From: Acanthaster planci
Taxonomy: Eukaryota
Assembly: GCF_001949145.1 (NCBI RefSeq)
Contig: NW_019091355.1
Coordinates: 4,413,374-4,477,373 of the forward strand
Length of the DNA stretch: 64,000 nt
Reading direction: 5' to 3'
Position numbers and translations under genes: made by a program. Below, piece after piece: positions 25,108-49,160 of this stretch. A model generated the notes under the pieces. It was given only the letters and a program-made list of their open reading frames with translations. It was not told the DNA's origin and did not search any database. Position 1 is the stretch's first letter, and each line of letters opens with the position of its first letter.

Positions 25108-26605
25108 GTTTGCCAGTAAATTTCAGGTTGATTTCGACTCACATTTTGGGAAGTAGGACTTTCCAATGTTGGAGTAGGCCTACATTGTTTATCGATGTTT
25201 CACCGTTGCATCGACCCGTCGCAACGCCAACTTCGTTAACTGATGTGTTGCTAGTTTGTACACGTACACACGTAATTCATGCATTCTTTACACAGCACAC
25301 GTGAGCACGCATACACAACGCTCGGACTTTCACTTTCTAAAGCGGGCTTCTAGAGCTACGGCTACGTCTATTGTCAGCGCGCTCCCGCGTATTTTCTATG
25401 GGCGAAGACTAAGACCTAGCTGTAGACACTGTCTGAAAAGTAGGGGTAGCCCTAGGGCGTTTTCCAATACTCAACTTCGTCTCCATCTCAGGTTTGTCTA
25501 CGAAACTAATCCCCGATTGTTGGCCTGAAGCGTTCGAATTGAATTGAAGTTCTGTAACGTTTGGCTCCTTTGCATCTTAGTTGATATTCTGTGGCATTAT
25601 CAGACTTACTATTGCGCTTAAAACTTCAAATTCAGGAAGTAAATAAAAACAGTTGAAGTCGCAACGGAGCCGAAGTCTAGTATTGAAAAACGGCTTTAGA
25701 CTAGTTTCCAGTCTCTCAATTGCAATCGAGGCGAAATGGAAAAAGTACAAAAAGAGGGCGCTACACATTTTAAACGGGCGGCAAAGTTTACAGAAATTTC
25801 CATCTCGGCGTTCTCCACAACTTTTGCCTCAAATTGCACATCAATCAATTAGTATCAAATACAGTGTTATTCCAGTGTCTATCTTATAGCAGTTTTTTCA
25901 GTGTTTTATAGACACGAAAGATTCTTTTCTCACTTCGTGAATTATTGTTTACTTTTGTACTCACGGCCAACCGTAACAGTTTTTCCCGTAGATCTCTGGA
26001 TGGCAAAACAACTCTTTGACGTAGCAACAGAAAGAAGTTTGGAAAAATCATTAAAAAAAGATACAATTATTCACTCAACCACACCAAATAGTATGCAGTT
26101 TTATGTGACTTTTTTGGGAAGCCATTTCGAGGGTCAAAAATTTCTCCCAAATCGAACTGCTAGTCATATGTGGGGGGGGGGTTCAGGTTGGCGTAGTGGT
26201 GTTTTGAGGAATCCTTGATGTCATTACCAGAAATAATTAATAATAAGCAACGCTTCCTTCAAATGCTTTCCAACAGAAACGTGTTCTCGCTAGTCGTTTT
26301 GATTTTTGAGGTCTTCACTGAACGAATGGGCTCCAAAAATCTAGTACTGATTCACTAGTCAACCACAATTTAAAACTGTCTCCCATGACATCATAGTCAA
26401 GCGGGGATGGGAACCTGCCCACGTATGCCTGTAAGCGCTTGTGTGATACATACACAGAAATTGCTCCACCACCCTGTCTCTTCTTTGCCGGTGAGGGGGT
26501 GCTTTTATACGGTTCTGAGACGTACGTAGGGCTAGGGCGCTATTGCGCTAGCGACGAACGTACCGGGAACCAGTCTACTGTACTAAAGAACGACATACAT
26601 GAAAG
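25108..26605. promoter_or_regulatory. Divergent (head-to-head) promoter region between Slo1 and METAP1
   Basis: The start codons point away from each other about 1.5 kb apart, with CpG-rich patches at about 25190-25560 and 26500-26600. Confidence 0.6.
25343..25428. repeat. Dispersed ~87-bp palindromic repeat, copy 2
   Basis: cgggcttctagagctacggctacgtctattgtc...agacctagctgtagaca aligns with 8290-8376. Confidence 0.75.
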
Positions 26606-29600
26606 ATGGCGAATGAGGGGAGAACGTGTATTACCTCAGATTGTGGGAAAGTTTCCCGTTTACAATGCCCAACATGCATTAAACTGGGCATCCAGGGATC
26701 GTACTTCTGCTCTCAGGTAGGATCACGGATAATCCTCATTCTAGGACACGTCTGCATTTTAGTTTCACTCATCACGATGTACATTGTATGACTTGGGCCG
26801 GGTGAACAGGAGGCCCGTGTCACGCCTGTGGAGTGACTGTTGTTTTAGGCCTATACTATAGCCATACGCCATGATGGCCTAGGCTACTGACCGGAGGCTA
26901 TTTATTATCTTACGCAGTTGAGCCCCAGCTCCATAAATGTTGCTCAAATATTGAAATACTTATTTAACAGAAAGAATGTTGCATCCTGTCGACACATTTG
27001 TCATTACATGTCATCTCATCTTAGTCACTTTTCATGAGGAGAAAAGCTAGTACTTTGGTATCGGTATTGTCTAATCACACTTCCAACATTGGTACTGAAA
27101 CACCACAAGTATCCAGGAGTTACCCTTTCTTCTAATTTCAAACGGAACTTTTGCATCGATACAGTAGTCTCCAAAGCAAACGGTGTAATTGTTTTTTTTC
27201 ATCAAGACCTTGGCAATGCCCCTCAAAAAGTGGAGATTCAAGCATACAAGAGCCTGGTTTGACATCATGTTGAGTATTGCAGCTTAGTAAGGGATTTTCA
27301 TACTAAATGCAACAGAGAAAGTGGAGGCAGTGCAGAGATGGGTAGCGCGCTTCATCACCAATGATTGTAGTAGAGAAAGCTTAGTTACCGCCATGCTCAA
27401 AACCTTCAACTCTCAACACTTTGTTAGAGACGACGTATTAACAGATTAGTTATGCTACACAAAATAGTTCACAATAAATGTAGATCTGAAAGTTGACCAC
27501 GTGAAGTTCAACACAAGGGATGTCAACACTGGGAAAACAAGATCGTCAGTAACAGTTCCTTCAACAAGAACTAAATGCTTAGTTGAGCAGTCACTCTTCC
27601 CTACAACGAGGGACTGGAATCAGCTGCCATGTAACATCACATCAGTTGAAAATTCATCTGTATTCAGAAGACAGGTAGAAAAGTTGTTTGATTAGATGCC
27701 TCGCTGACATCTGACCTGAATTGAATGATGTTCCAGTTGGACTGTTCAATTAATTATCCCATGGAGGAAGGACACAGAAGGAGTTACAACTCTGGTACAT
27801 CAAAGTGCTCGATGATCATCGCCGCCCGGTCAGACGAACAATAGTAAACATTCCAAAAATGCCTGATTACTGCCTGCAGCTTAGCCGGACAAATGGGGCC
27901 AGTAATATCCAAGCAATATTTGTGGTGTTTTCTTTGGAATTAACTGCAACTTATTGCAGTGACCAGGAAACAGAAAGAAAAATATCTAACATTAGATTTG
28001 CTTTTGCCGTTTTGAATAATTTTTAAGTATTTTGATGCCCTTTTCCATTATCCATGCAATGTTTGTAATTTTATTTTGTCACTCCAACACATCAGTTTTC
28101 AAAGTCTTTGTACGTGTTCGGTTAAGACTGGCCAACAACATGTTGAACACCACAGGCCAGTTAAGTTCACGAAAAACAAAATGCGCTGTTCCATCACAGG
28201 GAGTGATCATGAGATTTCATAAAATACCTTTTTGTGTAAATTCTTTAATAAAAATGATTCTTACAAACAGCTTGGCTATTTATTCCCAAAAGAAGTCCAG
28301 AAGAGAGCGTTCGATAAGGGCAATAACTACACATGAACACTTCGGGTACACAGCCTAATAAAAGCAACTGCACAAGTATTAAATTTGACGTTGTCAGATC
28401 ATACCAAGCACCAACGATGGCATAAATATTCAACTTCCTATACTGTAGTACACAACATTTTAGGGATGCAGATTACCAACGAAAAATTGCAGTGATGATC
28501 ATGGGGTACAAAGGGGGCTTATGGTTGCAAAACAGGTGGTGCGTAGCAAGCACGCGCTGTGCTCTGGCTAAGGACATACCGAGCATGCCAGAAAGCAGTA
28601 ATTGGCCAGAGGTTATAGCCTGGGCAGTTCAAACTCCTGTGTCCATCCTCCATGATTATCCAGATCCAGTCAAGATGCAACATTCTTTCTGAAATTGGTA
28701 CATGTAGGCCTAGTGCCCAGCCTCATTTATAATATGGAAGTAGTGCAGAATTCTACCCACATTTATGGGGCCTGGTTAGAGCATGGCCAAAGTTGGAGTA
28801 ACTGCGAATAGGGCCTATAAATTACTTATTCAAACATTTAGACATGATCAGGCGAGAGTCCTCAAGCATGCGAGATGCCGTTCGCGAATAGCCTCGTACT
28901 GAGCATGGGCTGTTGGAATGCTGAACTGGTTATTACAACAGTTTGATTATGTAACATGTAACTTGTGTTATAGGTAAAACTTGTGATGGCAACGTCATTT
29001 CACGTGACGCCACCTTACTAAGTCATTCTCCACTGACCAATATCTACAGAAGTGCTCATGCATGTATTTAACCCTAACCCCCATTCACACAAAGTTTAAA
29101 CACCCATATGGGACTTTGTGCACAGAGNAACACTTTACTACTGACTGTTTAATTCTGTGTGGTTGGGGAAGGTTAGGGTTAAAGTGAACTGACATGGTCC
29201 AAGCCGTACTGTGAAGCATCACAGTGTTTATCTATGGGGCAAACACACTTCTGCAGATAAGCTTTCACATCAAAGTTCCAGGCTTAACAGTTTACTCCTA
29301 ATTTAACAGGAATGTTTCAAGGAGAACTGGGTCAATCACAAACAGGTTCATAAGAAGGAACGTATCAGCCAGCAGCTCAATGCTAAGGTCTACAATCCAT
29401 GGCCAGGATACAGGTTTACTGGCAAACTGCGCCCCTACCCACTGGTAAGAACTGGCAATCAGATTAGAGGCAAAGGATTTTCTTGTGCACCAGAATCAGT
29501 ATTAGTGTGTCGAATTCACCAAATCCCCCTGCCCTCAGTGTTAATGAACACAGAGTTCCCGCGGCCTGGAAACATCATTAAAAAAGTCATGGACATTCGT

Positions 29601-32600
29601 TTTCATTTTCCAGGCCTGGAAAAGTCACGGAATTGTGAAAAAACGACTAAAGTCGTGGAAAAGTTGTGGAATTTATTTGTCCTTAGGATGCAGAAACCCT
29701 GTAAACGAGGCTTTGACAGCAAAATGCTGCCTTTTAAGTGTACCAGATATACATTACGAAGAGAACTGTATGTTTATTGTTCAGTGCATGATCACCAACC
29801 AACCTGAACAATTGCAGCCAGTAATACCAAGACACTGAATCTCCCTCATGCCAACAACATACACAGACGATCTGCTTTTATTACGCTATTCACATTCCAT
29901 TCAGGGTTTTTTTTGGCCCATCAAAAATGCTAATTTATGTACTCAGCGAATCATACAGGACAACTGGTACCATTTGTTTAACAATTGCATGCCTTGTATG
30001 TCACTGATAGCATAAATTAGCATAAATTAATGGTTTTATTCCATGTTCTATTTGTAATTGTACACTGCTTGCATTACATGTACATGTATATGCTGTACTT
30101 GAGTTCATGTTTTTTCTTTCATTTTCCACTGTCAGTTTAGCACTACTAGGGATAACTTTTAAAAAAATAAAGTTTCAAGTTTAATAAATAAATTTTCCAA
30201 AAATGCAAACTGTAGACTGTGAACCTTACATGTATTTCACTGATTGTCACTAATTCATGTTAACAGTCGGAATCGCGGCCTGTCCAAGAAGGCATTGGGA
30301 GGCCGGATTATGCAGATCACCCAGAAGGTAAGGAATGAGGCCTGACACAGGTCCAGAACTTGAAAGAGGCCTTTACTGGGGAAAAAGCTGTTTTGAAATT
30401 TGAAAATGATGAAGATTGTTATCTGTTGAATTGGGGGTTTTGACTCAGATGTGCACCATAAGGCCTAATTTATGCTGTGCATTTGCCACTCAAATCTTGC
30501 ATTATGAACATACTTTTGATCAATTGTTAATGTGGTAAATTAGTAAATGATTAAAATGCAAGCACCGTTGCTCATATCAATTTGTATAAAACACAACACA
30601 GCACTGTTTCTACAGCAGTGTCAAAACAGTCGAAAATGTGACCCTTCGACTTGCTGACAATCAAACTAGCACACGCATGCCCGTAGTTCCCACAAGTTGG
30701 TTTCTGGTGCTTTGAATCAGGTTATCCAACCAGTGAAATGGCAGTGAAAGGAAGCACCCAGATCCGTTGCCTGACCGCTGAGGAAATTGAAGGCCTGAGG
30801 GTTGCCTGTAGGGTAAGAACTAACAAGAGAATAGGGTTCAGTGCCCGGTTCCGCTTGTATTGCATTGTGGGTCGCTTCGTACCCACATTTCTTCTATCGT
30901 CATATGGGTCTTGGTCTCTGTTTTGGTGAAGTGTGAGTTGTTGAGGGGTCATTCCATGACCAATTTGTGACGGTGTCCTTGTTACATCCGCAACTTTTAC
31001 CACCTGTCATGACCTGTAGAGTAGGTCATTTACTCCGTAAAAGTAACACACCCCTCTGTATTCAGCCTTGCCAGATGTATAACAATGTCAATGTGGAATC
31101 CACATGCAGGGAAATAGGTGTACATTTTTACGGAACCCATGTAACGATTGACACCTTCTCAAATTGTGCCCCGACCTCATGGAATGACCCATGTAACAAG
31201 TTACGTCATTTCGCTGAAGCTACATCGTGGGTACACTGTAAGTGCTCTCATTTTGAAGAAAATGAGACAAATGAAGAGCGAAAGCTGATCCACAGAGGTT
31301 TTTTCTGACAACCCGTGTCCTGGTGTAGTTTCTACTCGCAATTGTTGCACAACAAGCAGTAATTTTCTTCAGAGTTGTTGCAAGGCAAATTTGTTCCTTG
31401 AAAGGCACAAGTTGCCCACTGCTCTGTGAACCCAGGTGCTGTATGGTCATATGGCATCAACCGATATGGTCAGATTGCTTTGTTCTTTTGTTGCCGCAGC
31501 TTGGAAGGGAGGTCCTAGACATTGCTGCCACCATGGTCAAACCGGGCGTCACCACTGATGAGATCGACGAGGTAGTCCACAAAGCCTGTGTGGAGAGAAA
31601 CTGTTACCCTTCGCCTCTGAATTATCATAAATTTCCCAAGTCCTGTTGCACGTAAGTTTCCTCTGCTCAGTGCTCACGCCGTATTGCCATTATTTTCTGC
31701 ACTCATAGTGCAGAATGCCCGAAAATGTGCCCGTGTTGTCTGGTTGTTCTCCGCAGGCATCACAACAAAAAGCCACAAATCTTTTCCTGAAATTTGCCTT
31801 TTTGCACATAACCCCTTCGTAGATAGTAACGTGGTTATCTACGTAACATAACATAGATAGCAGCGGCTTTGTGTGAGGATTAGTGCATACCACACATACA
31901 GTCTATTTACCATGCAGCTGCTGGTTCAATGGGGCCTGCTGCTGGACAGAGCTTTGCACACTGGGCATACCGCAGCCCAGCAGTCACGGTCAAAAGAATC
32001 CCGGCCGGAAGGGGTTAAACCCAATGAATGAACACAAGATGGAAAACTCACATAAACACCGAACTTCAGTGTGTCACACAGTTGTTCCCTAACGTAACTT
32101 GGTAGTGCAAATCAATGTAAATACCTGCACTACGTGCTGCGACTTTATTAATGTGACTTGTATCTATACTGTAAACAAGAGGTACCTCCCTGCACTGCAG
32201 TGCAGTCCTTCGAAGCAGACTTACTAAGAAATTGTGCGCGGAGGAGGGAATTCTCCCCACTCTGATTTACTAACAAAACGATCATTTAATGGATTGTATT
32301 TCCACGCAGGTCGGTGAATGAGGTCATATGTCATGGTATACCTGATAAGCGACCCATGGAGAACGGAGACATCATGAATGGCAAGTTGGCTATATCTTTG
32401 CTGTCCTCTTTTTGTGAATGAGGATCCAAAAATCTAAATCCAGCTGGGGCAGGTGTTGATTGGTCAGTTTTATGAAGTCATGTCATTGGATTTTTCTTTT
32501 CCTTTAACATTCTTTTGACATAAACAGCATAACCAAATGTCAAATTTTTGTCTCTTCTGTTCTGAATACAGTTGACATCACGGTTTACCACAATGGTTTC

Positions 32601-34346
32601 CACGGTGACCTAAATGAGACTTTCTTTGTCGGAGAAGTTGATGAGAAGTCGAAAGAGTTGGTATCCGTCACATATAGGTGTCTTGAATTGGCAATACAAG
32701 CAGGTAATTGTCATTTGATGATTGCTCATCAACAGAAAAACATATTCAGTTCGTAATTGTCTGCACGTTAGAAGTGAAGATTGGTGGCAGATCAGCCTTT
32801 TAACTATTCATGTTTTACTTAAGTCCCATTTGAGGGATCAAGAGGAAAAAGTGTGACAGTTTATTTGAAGCATTGGATAGTTATGATCTTTATTCCTTAA
32901 CCACTTGCTGCCGGGTGTAATTTGAAGTTACATGACGTAAAACCGGGGGATTTTCAAGATTTTCCATTTTCAAAATTCTTTTAAAAAACCTTAGCTTTGT
33001 TTACTGGACATTTACACCCACACGAATGACTGTCTGGTGGCTACTTTAATCTGACAGACAACATCTATTGACGCCCGAGTATAAATGCCGTGGATTCTTT
33101 TGAGTTTGACCATTTGTTCCGCTCATATTTTCTATTAAATTACAGTCAGGCCGGGTGTTCGCTATCGAGAGATTGGAGATATTATACAGAAACATGCTCA
33201 AGCTAACAAGCTGTCCGTGGTCCGGACGTACTGCGGACATGGCATTCATAGGCTATTCCACACGGCACCAAGTGTGCCTCACTATGCAAGTAAGTGGACA
33301 GGCATTTAATCGTCCTACTCACTTTGCTATTTCTAGTGTGACTTGGAAGACAGACTAGCACTCGGTGCAGATTGCATATTGAAATACGCCGTCCAAAATG
33401 GAGGAAGACCTTACCACTCTGTGGGCGTGGCATGTACTCAAAAACTTCCCCGTGGGCAATTTGCCTTGTTACGCATGCAACCCAGTGCATTTGTGCTTGC
33501 GCCAAGAGATGTCATTTGCTTGGGAATAAAGCATCCCCATTCGTTCGTGCATTGTTCAAATCAGCAGTAGGATTCTTGTGACTTTTCCGGTTCCACTGTG
33601 GTACCCTGCACGATATGTGGTAAAGGGGGACCCCCCCACGTGATGCGCAAGCTGTATACCCCAAGGCTATTTGTGCCTACTGCGCCTCCCTCGGAAATCT
33701 GAAAAGAATTCCAAAGATTCCATCAACACAAAAGAAGACACAATAGAGGGGGGGTCCCCCTTTACCACATATCTTGCATCACATGTCCATTGGAGGTGCT
33801 CATTTTAGGAACACGGAATATCCCCAATCAAGAAACCGTGCCATGTGCCCAATGGCCATGCTCACACAGCACTGCCATTTTACAGTGCAGTTGTGGTCGG
33901 TATGGACGGTGGATCAAAAGGACAACCTTTTTTGACAACCTGTTTCGCAGCCGACAGTTTTCAGTTTTGCCACTACACATTTGTAATTCTTCCTCCAGAA
34001 AACAAGGCTACAGGTGTGATGAAGCCAGGACATGCATTCACAATTGAACCAATGATATGCGAAGGTAAGCTTTGAGTTGCACATCGTGTTGGAAATCCAA
34101 CTATGGCATTTTGACTTTCTCATGTGGATCCCTGGAACAACCCGCTTTTTGATTTCCTCCCCCCCCCGTTTTGAAACAGGTTCATGGAGAGATGACACCT
34201 GGCCAGACAACTGGACGGCGGTCACTCAGGATGGCAAGCGGTCAGCCCAGTTTGAGCACACATTACTTGTCACCGAGACGGGCTGCCAAATCCTTACAGC
34301 GAGGCAGGAACGCAACGGACAGCCACATTTCATGGACCAGATGTAG
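26606..34346 (+). CDS. METAP1: Methionine aminopeptidase 1 (type Ib, N-terminal zinc fingers), complete, 376 aa
   Basis: Exons 26606-26716, 29310-29444, 30267-30327, 30721-30812, 31500-31651, 32310-32380, 32572-32703, 33146-33289, 33999-34064, 34180-34346 join in frame (1131 nt). Motifs: [116 protein letters not shown]. Confidence 0.98.
27104..27695 (+). mobile_element. Decayed CR1-clade LINE, C-terminal part of ORF2 (RT/thumb and 3' region), in METAP1 intron 1
   Basis: Frameshifted translation gives [89 protein letters not shown]. This matches the CR1-type consensus KYLGV..AYKSLVRPxLEY..LExVQRRAARF..SFFPRTIRDWNxLP. Confidence 0.85.
29072..29178. mobile_element. TTAA-flanked element with CCCTAACC/GGTTAGGG termini
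   Basis: TTAA|ccctaacccccattcacac...gtgtggttggggaaggttaggg|TTAA. Confidence 0.55.
29551..29701. mobile_element. Degenerate MITE with internal (aagtcatgga)-type repeats
   Basis: Termini cagagttccc ... agaaaccctg, with internal repeats aagtcatgga / aagtcacgga / aagtcgtgga / aagttgtgga. Confidence 0.45.
33607..33778. mobile_element. MITE / fold-back element with 31-bp terminal inverted repeats, in METAP1 intron 8
   Basis: tgcacgatatgtggtaaagggggaccccccc (33607-33637) vs gggggggtccccctttaccacatatcttgca (33748-33778): 30/31 complementary. Confidence 0.8.
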
Positions 34347-35115
34347 AAAAGGGGGGGGACATATTTCCAAAATAAAGACTGGCTTGTGCATTTCATTTGC
34401 AGGAGCAACATGAGCCGTTGTTACATTAGAGTGAGGGCAGAAGGGCACCAAGAAAGCCTTCCTTTGCTAGGTGTTTGAACAAATCTGACAGATGGTGCTG
34501 CTCACTAGATTGAGCAGAGCCACGCCCCTCCCCCCTAACCTGCCAATGAGCCACAACCAGCTAAGGGGCTTGATTTTCATTTCGTATTTACCAGATCATG
34601 TCTACTTTTCTTCCAAGATACATGTACTTGGAAGGGTTTTTCAAATCCCGGAACATTATGTAATTTTGGCTGATCCAATTTAACCTGGCTACAGACTTTC
34701 CCGGTGAGTTTTCATTCTTTTACCGATTCAAGAAATGAGGCAAGCTCCATTATTTTATGGCAAGACTTGACTGAATTTCTCCACCCTCTTCTCTCTGAAA
34801 GGATGGAGTTTACTTTGGTACCTGCACCGGGCATTTTGTTCTCTCTGTAAAGTAGTGTTCATCAACAAAATCATTTTAAACTTGCCAGCCGAGTGCAAAC
34901 TCGATATTGCCTTTGAACTCAGTAGTTTGGAAGAAAATTAACACTTGTAAATCATCACTATTGTAAGCGGATATGATACCCTCTGTAGTTACAGTGTTAA
35001 ACTCACACGTGCGACACTTCCATGGAGAACTACCGCCGTGTCGGCACGTCATGCATGTGCCATGTACCAGTCCTTGAGATTCTGTAAACATAAACTCCAA
35101 GATGTGGTTACCTCT

Positions 35116-35183
35116 GTGACATGTCATGTCACAGACGTCATGTCACAGATGTCATGTCACAGATGTCATCCATGACATGTCAG
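35116..35183. repeat. 14-bp minisatellite (atgtcatgtcacag)~3
   Basis: Read directly from the sequence. Confidence 0.8.
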
Positions 35184-37220
35184 AAGTGGCGTAGCATTGC
35201 GGTAAATTTTGAGCTTGAGATATCGGGAAAGCTCGGGAGGAGTTGCAGTGTGAAGTGAAATTGCTTCTTGAGGCACAGTATCCGTTTTTTAGCTTTCTAT
35301 TTTACCAGATGAGAAGTGAAGGAGACAAACTACAGATTACTGGGGGTAGTCAGTGTTTTCATGGACTGTCAGCATTCAAACCAGAAGTAAGATCCACTGT
35401 CGCACTTGCCCTTAACAGGATCAGATGAACTGGATAAATATAAAAAGCATGGTCATATTTTGCTGAAGTGTGATCCTCCACATCTAGGATACTGACTTAG
35501 AAAGGCCCCCAGTCATGAAACCTTGGGTGAAATCAACCGTTAAGTACATGTACACGGCGCAGCTATGCCCCAAATGCGAGGCATAAAGCTTGCATATGGT
35601 GCAAAGCTACACCACTTATCGTGAAACCAGCAGGTGCATATGCCTCACTCCATTTGCTTTGGCGTGTAATGTTTGTTAAGTACATGTACTGTACATGTAG
35701 AACTTTCTGGGGGAGGGGATTTTGACGGTCCACCCACGCATTGTTTCATACTTGTGTAGAAGTACTGTGTTTTTCTCCGCTGGTAGATCCCAGAGTTGAA
35801 GCATTTCACGTAGAATATTTAAGAACCTTGTAAATGATCTGGAAACTGCATCTATAGCCAAGAACCTGTCATTGGTTACTTACGCATAACATCTTGTAAG
35901 AAATAAGTAGGTGGTCTTTGACCTGGTATGCTGTATTGTTGTGACGTCATGTTAGACATATTTTGTCATATAAAGACTGCTCAGAGTAATAAATCCAAGT
36001 GAAATGGAAGAAATCTCTTTGCCCGTTGGAAAGAATAATTTTGGGGAGGAATACCTCGTCACCACAAATGGAAGATCTTTCAGAACTGATGGGCAAAAAG
36101 TGCTTTGATGTTCAAAATGAGGAATCGTTTTGATGATGAATCAGTTCTTGGACATGAAAACTTCAACACACTTCAGAGACAAGATTAGAGAACACACAAT
36201 TTGATTTTTGTTTATTTACTGGGGGGGGGAAAGGAATTCTTAATCTCACCAACACGCATTATGTAATCTGTCACACACGTGAGTTTTATTTTGTTAAATT
36301 GACATTCTGAAATCTTTTCTACTTGCGCAAGATCCATTTGATTGGCATTGCTGAAGAGATGTTTAATTGTGATTATTCAATATGATTTTGATGAAACAAG
36401 TACAGTCTTGTTTTGACTGATGAAAATAAGGACATCTTAACGCTAAGAAATAAGTATCCTCTCCAAGGCAGGATAAAGCTATAAAAATTAAAGATACCTG
36501 AGAATGTTTTTTATAGATGATCTTTACCAAGTCCTGCGGCAAATGTAATCAGATCTTTAGTGAAATGAAGAAACATAAACTAACCTATTTGCAACGGCAC
36601 ATGATAAAATGACCATCCAAAAATTATTTTTTAAAAAAATCACTTTGGACTACGCATTTTCCCAATCATTTATCAATACCTTTCACCAGTTTTCCTGTTG
36701 GTCAATAGCTTGTCATGTGGGTGATTTCAAGTGGCTGATGACCCTACTTACTGGTTTTAAAAACTTCATATGAACTTCCAACTCCTGTTCTATGGACCTT
36801 TAGCCCTTGTACGCGGCAATCACCACCATCACACTCACAGAGCCTCAATTTAACTTGACCACGGCCCTGGTGTGTTCTGTATTCTGTATCGCATCACTCA
36901 GTAGCGCTGCATGCAACACCTCCCAAATAAGGAGACTTTAGTACCGCGCGCAAGGCATATGTCGTTGCTAAAAGTGAAGGAAAGTGCAAATGAGCGGTTT
37001 CAAATGTGCATTTAAAACTGACAGTGGGTCTGGCACTGGTGCCGATAATGGACAGCGCCGTCGCCAGCTCATATCCTGTTTTGAATGTATGTGTACTAGG
37101 TCAAAGTCGCACTCCATCAAACCCTTTTTTCCTTAATAATGCTACAATCATAAATGGCATAACAAAAAATTCAAAGCACAGGATTTCTGGGTTTCTTCCA
37201 CTGAACGTAAATCCCCTTTA

Positions 37221-37479
37221 GGCACCATTTCAAAATTCTTATCGGGTAGGTGTCGGAGAGAACGGTCCGACCGATACATTTATTGTCGGTTGGCTATCAG
37301 GTCAAGTGTTCTCAAGTGGCCAATTCTAACTGATACAATGCCTTTTTATTGCATTACTTCCAAGGCTATGTGGTTTCAGTGGAGCAACACCCCATCCATT
37401 ATTCACTCAACACAAGTCACTGTTATCGGTCGGATAATCCTGTCCTAGAGTCAACTGATACGAATTTTGAAATGATGCC
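37221..37479. mobile_element. MITE with 25-bp terminal inverted repeats (Harbinger-like termini) downstream of the ADH5 stop
   Basis: ggcaccatttcaaaattcttatcgg vs ctgatacgaattttgaaatgatgcc: 22/25 complementary. Confidence 0.7.
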
Positions 37480-37708
37480 CGACCATTGGGTTTAGCCCTA
37501 AGTGTGTTTCACACCCAATTATACTTGGAAACTTTGATAATTTGTTCAGGTATGCTACATGTACCCCTACATAATAACAGATACAACTGGAAACATTTCA
37601 AAACTAAAAAAATTGTGCTTTTACACAGACTTGTTCTGGTTCCAAATGAATACCTCTAGCACAGTCCCATCCTCTCGGAGGGTAGGTCTCGCAGCGGAAC
37701 TCTTCAGT

Positions 37709-49160
<11,452 letters not shown>

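Noticed and set aside
36845..36871. Minus-strand TRAVVKLN* resembling an alternative ADH5 last exon
   Set aside because: Nearby acceptors give the wrong phase; the true last exon (SIRTIVHF*) is at 37709-37733.
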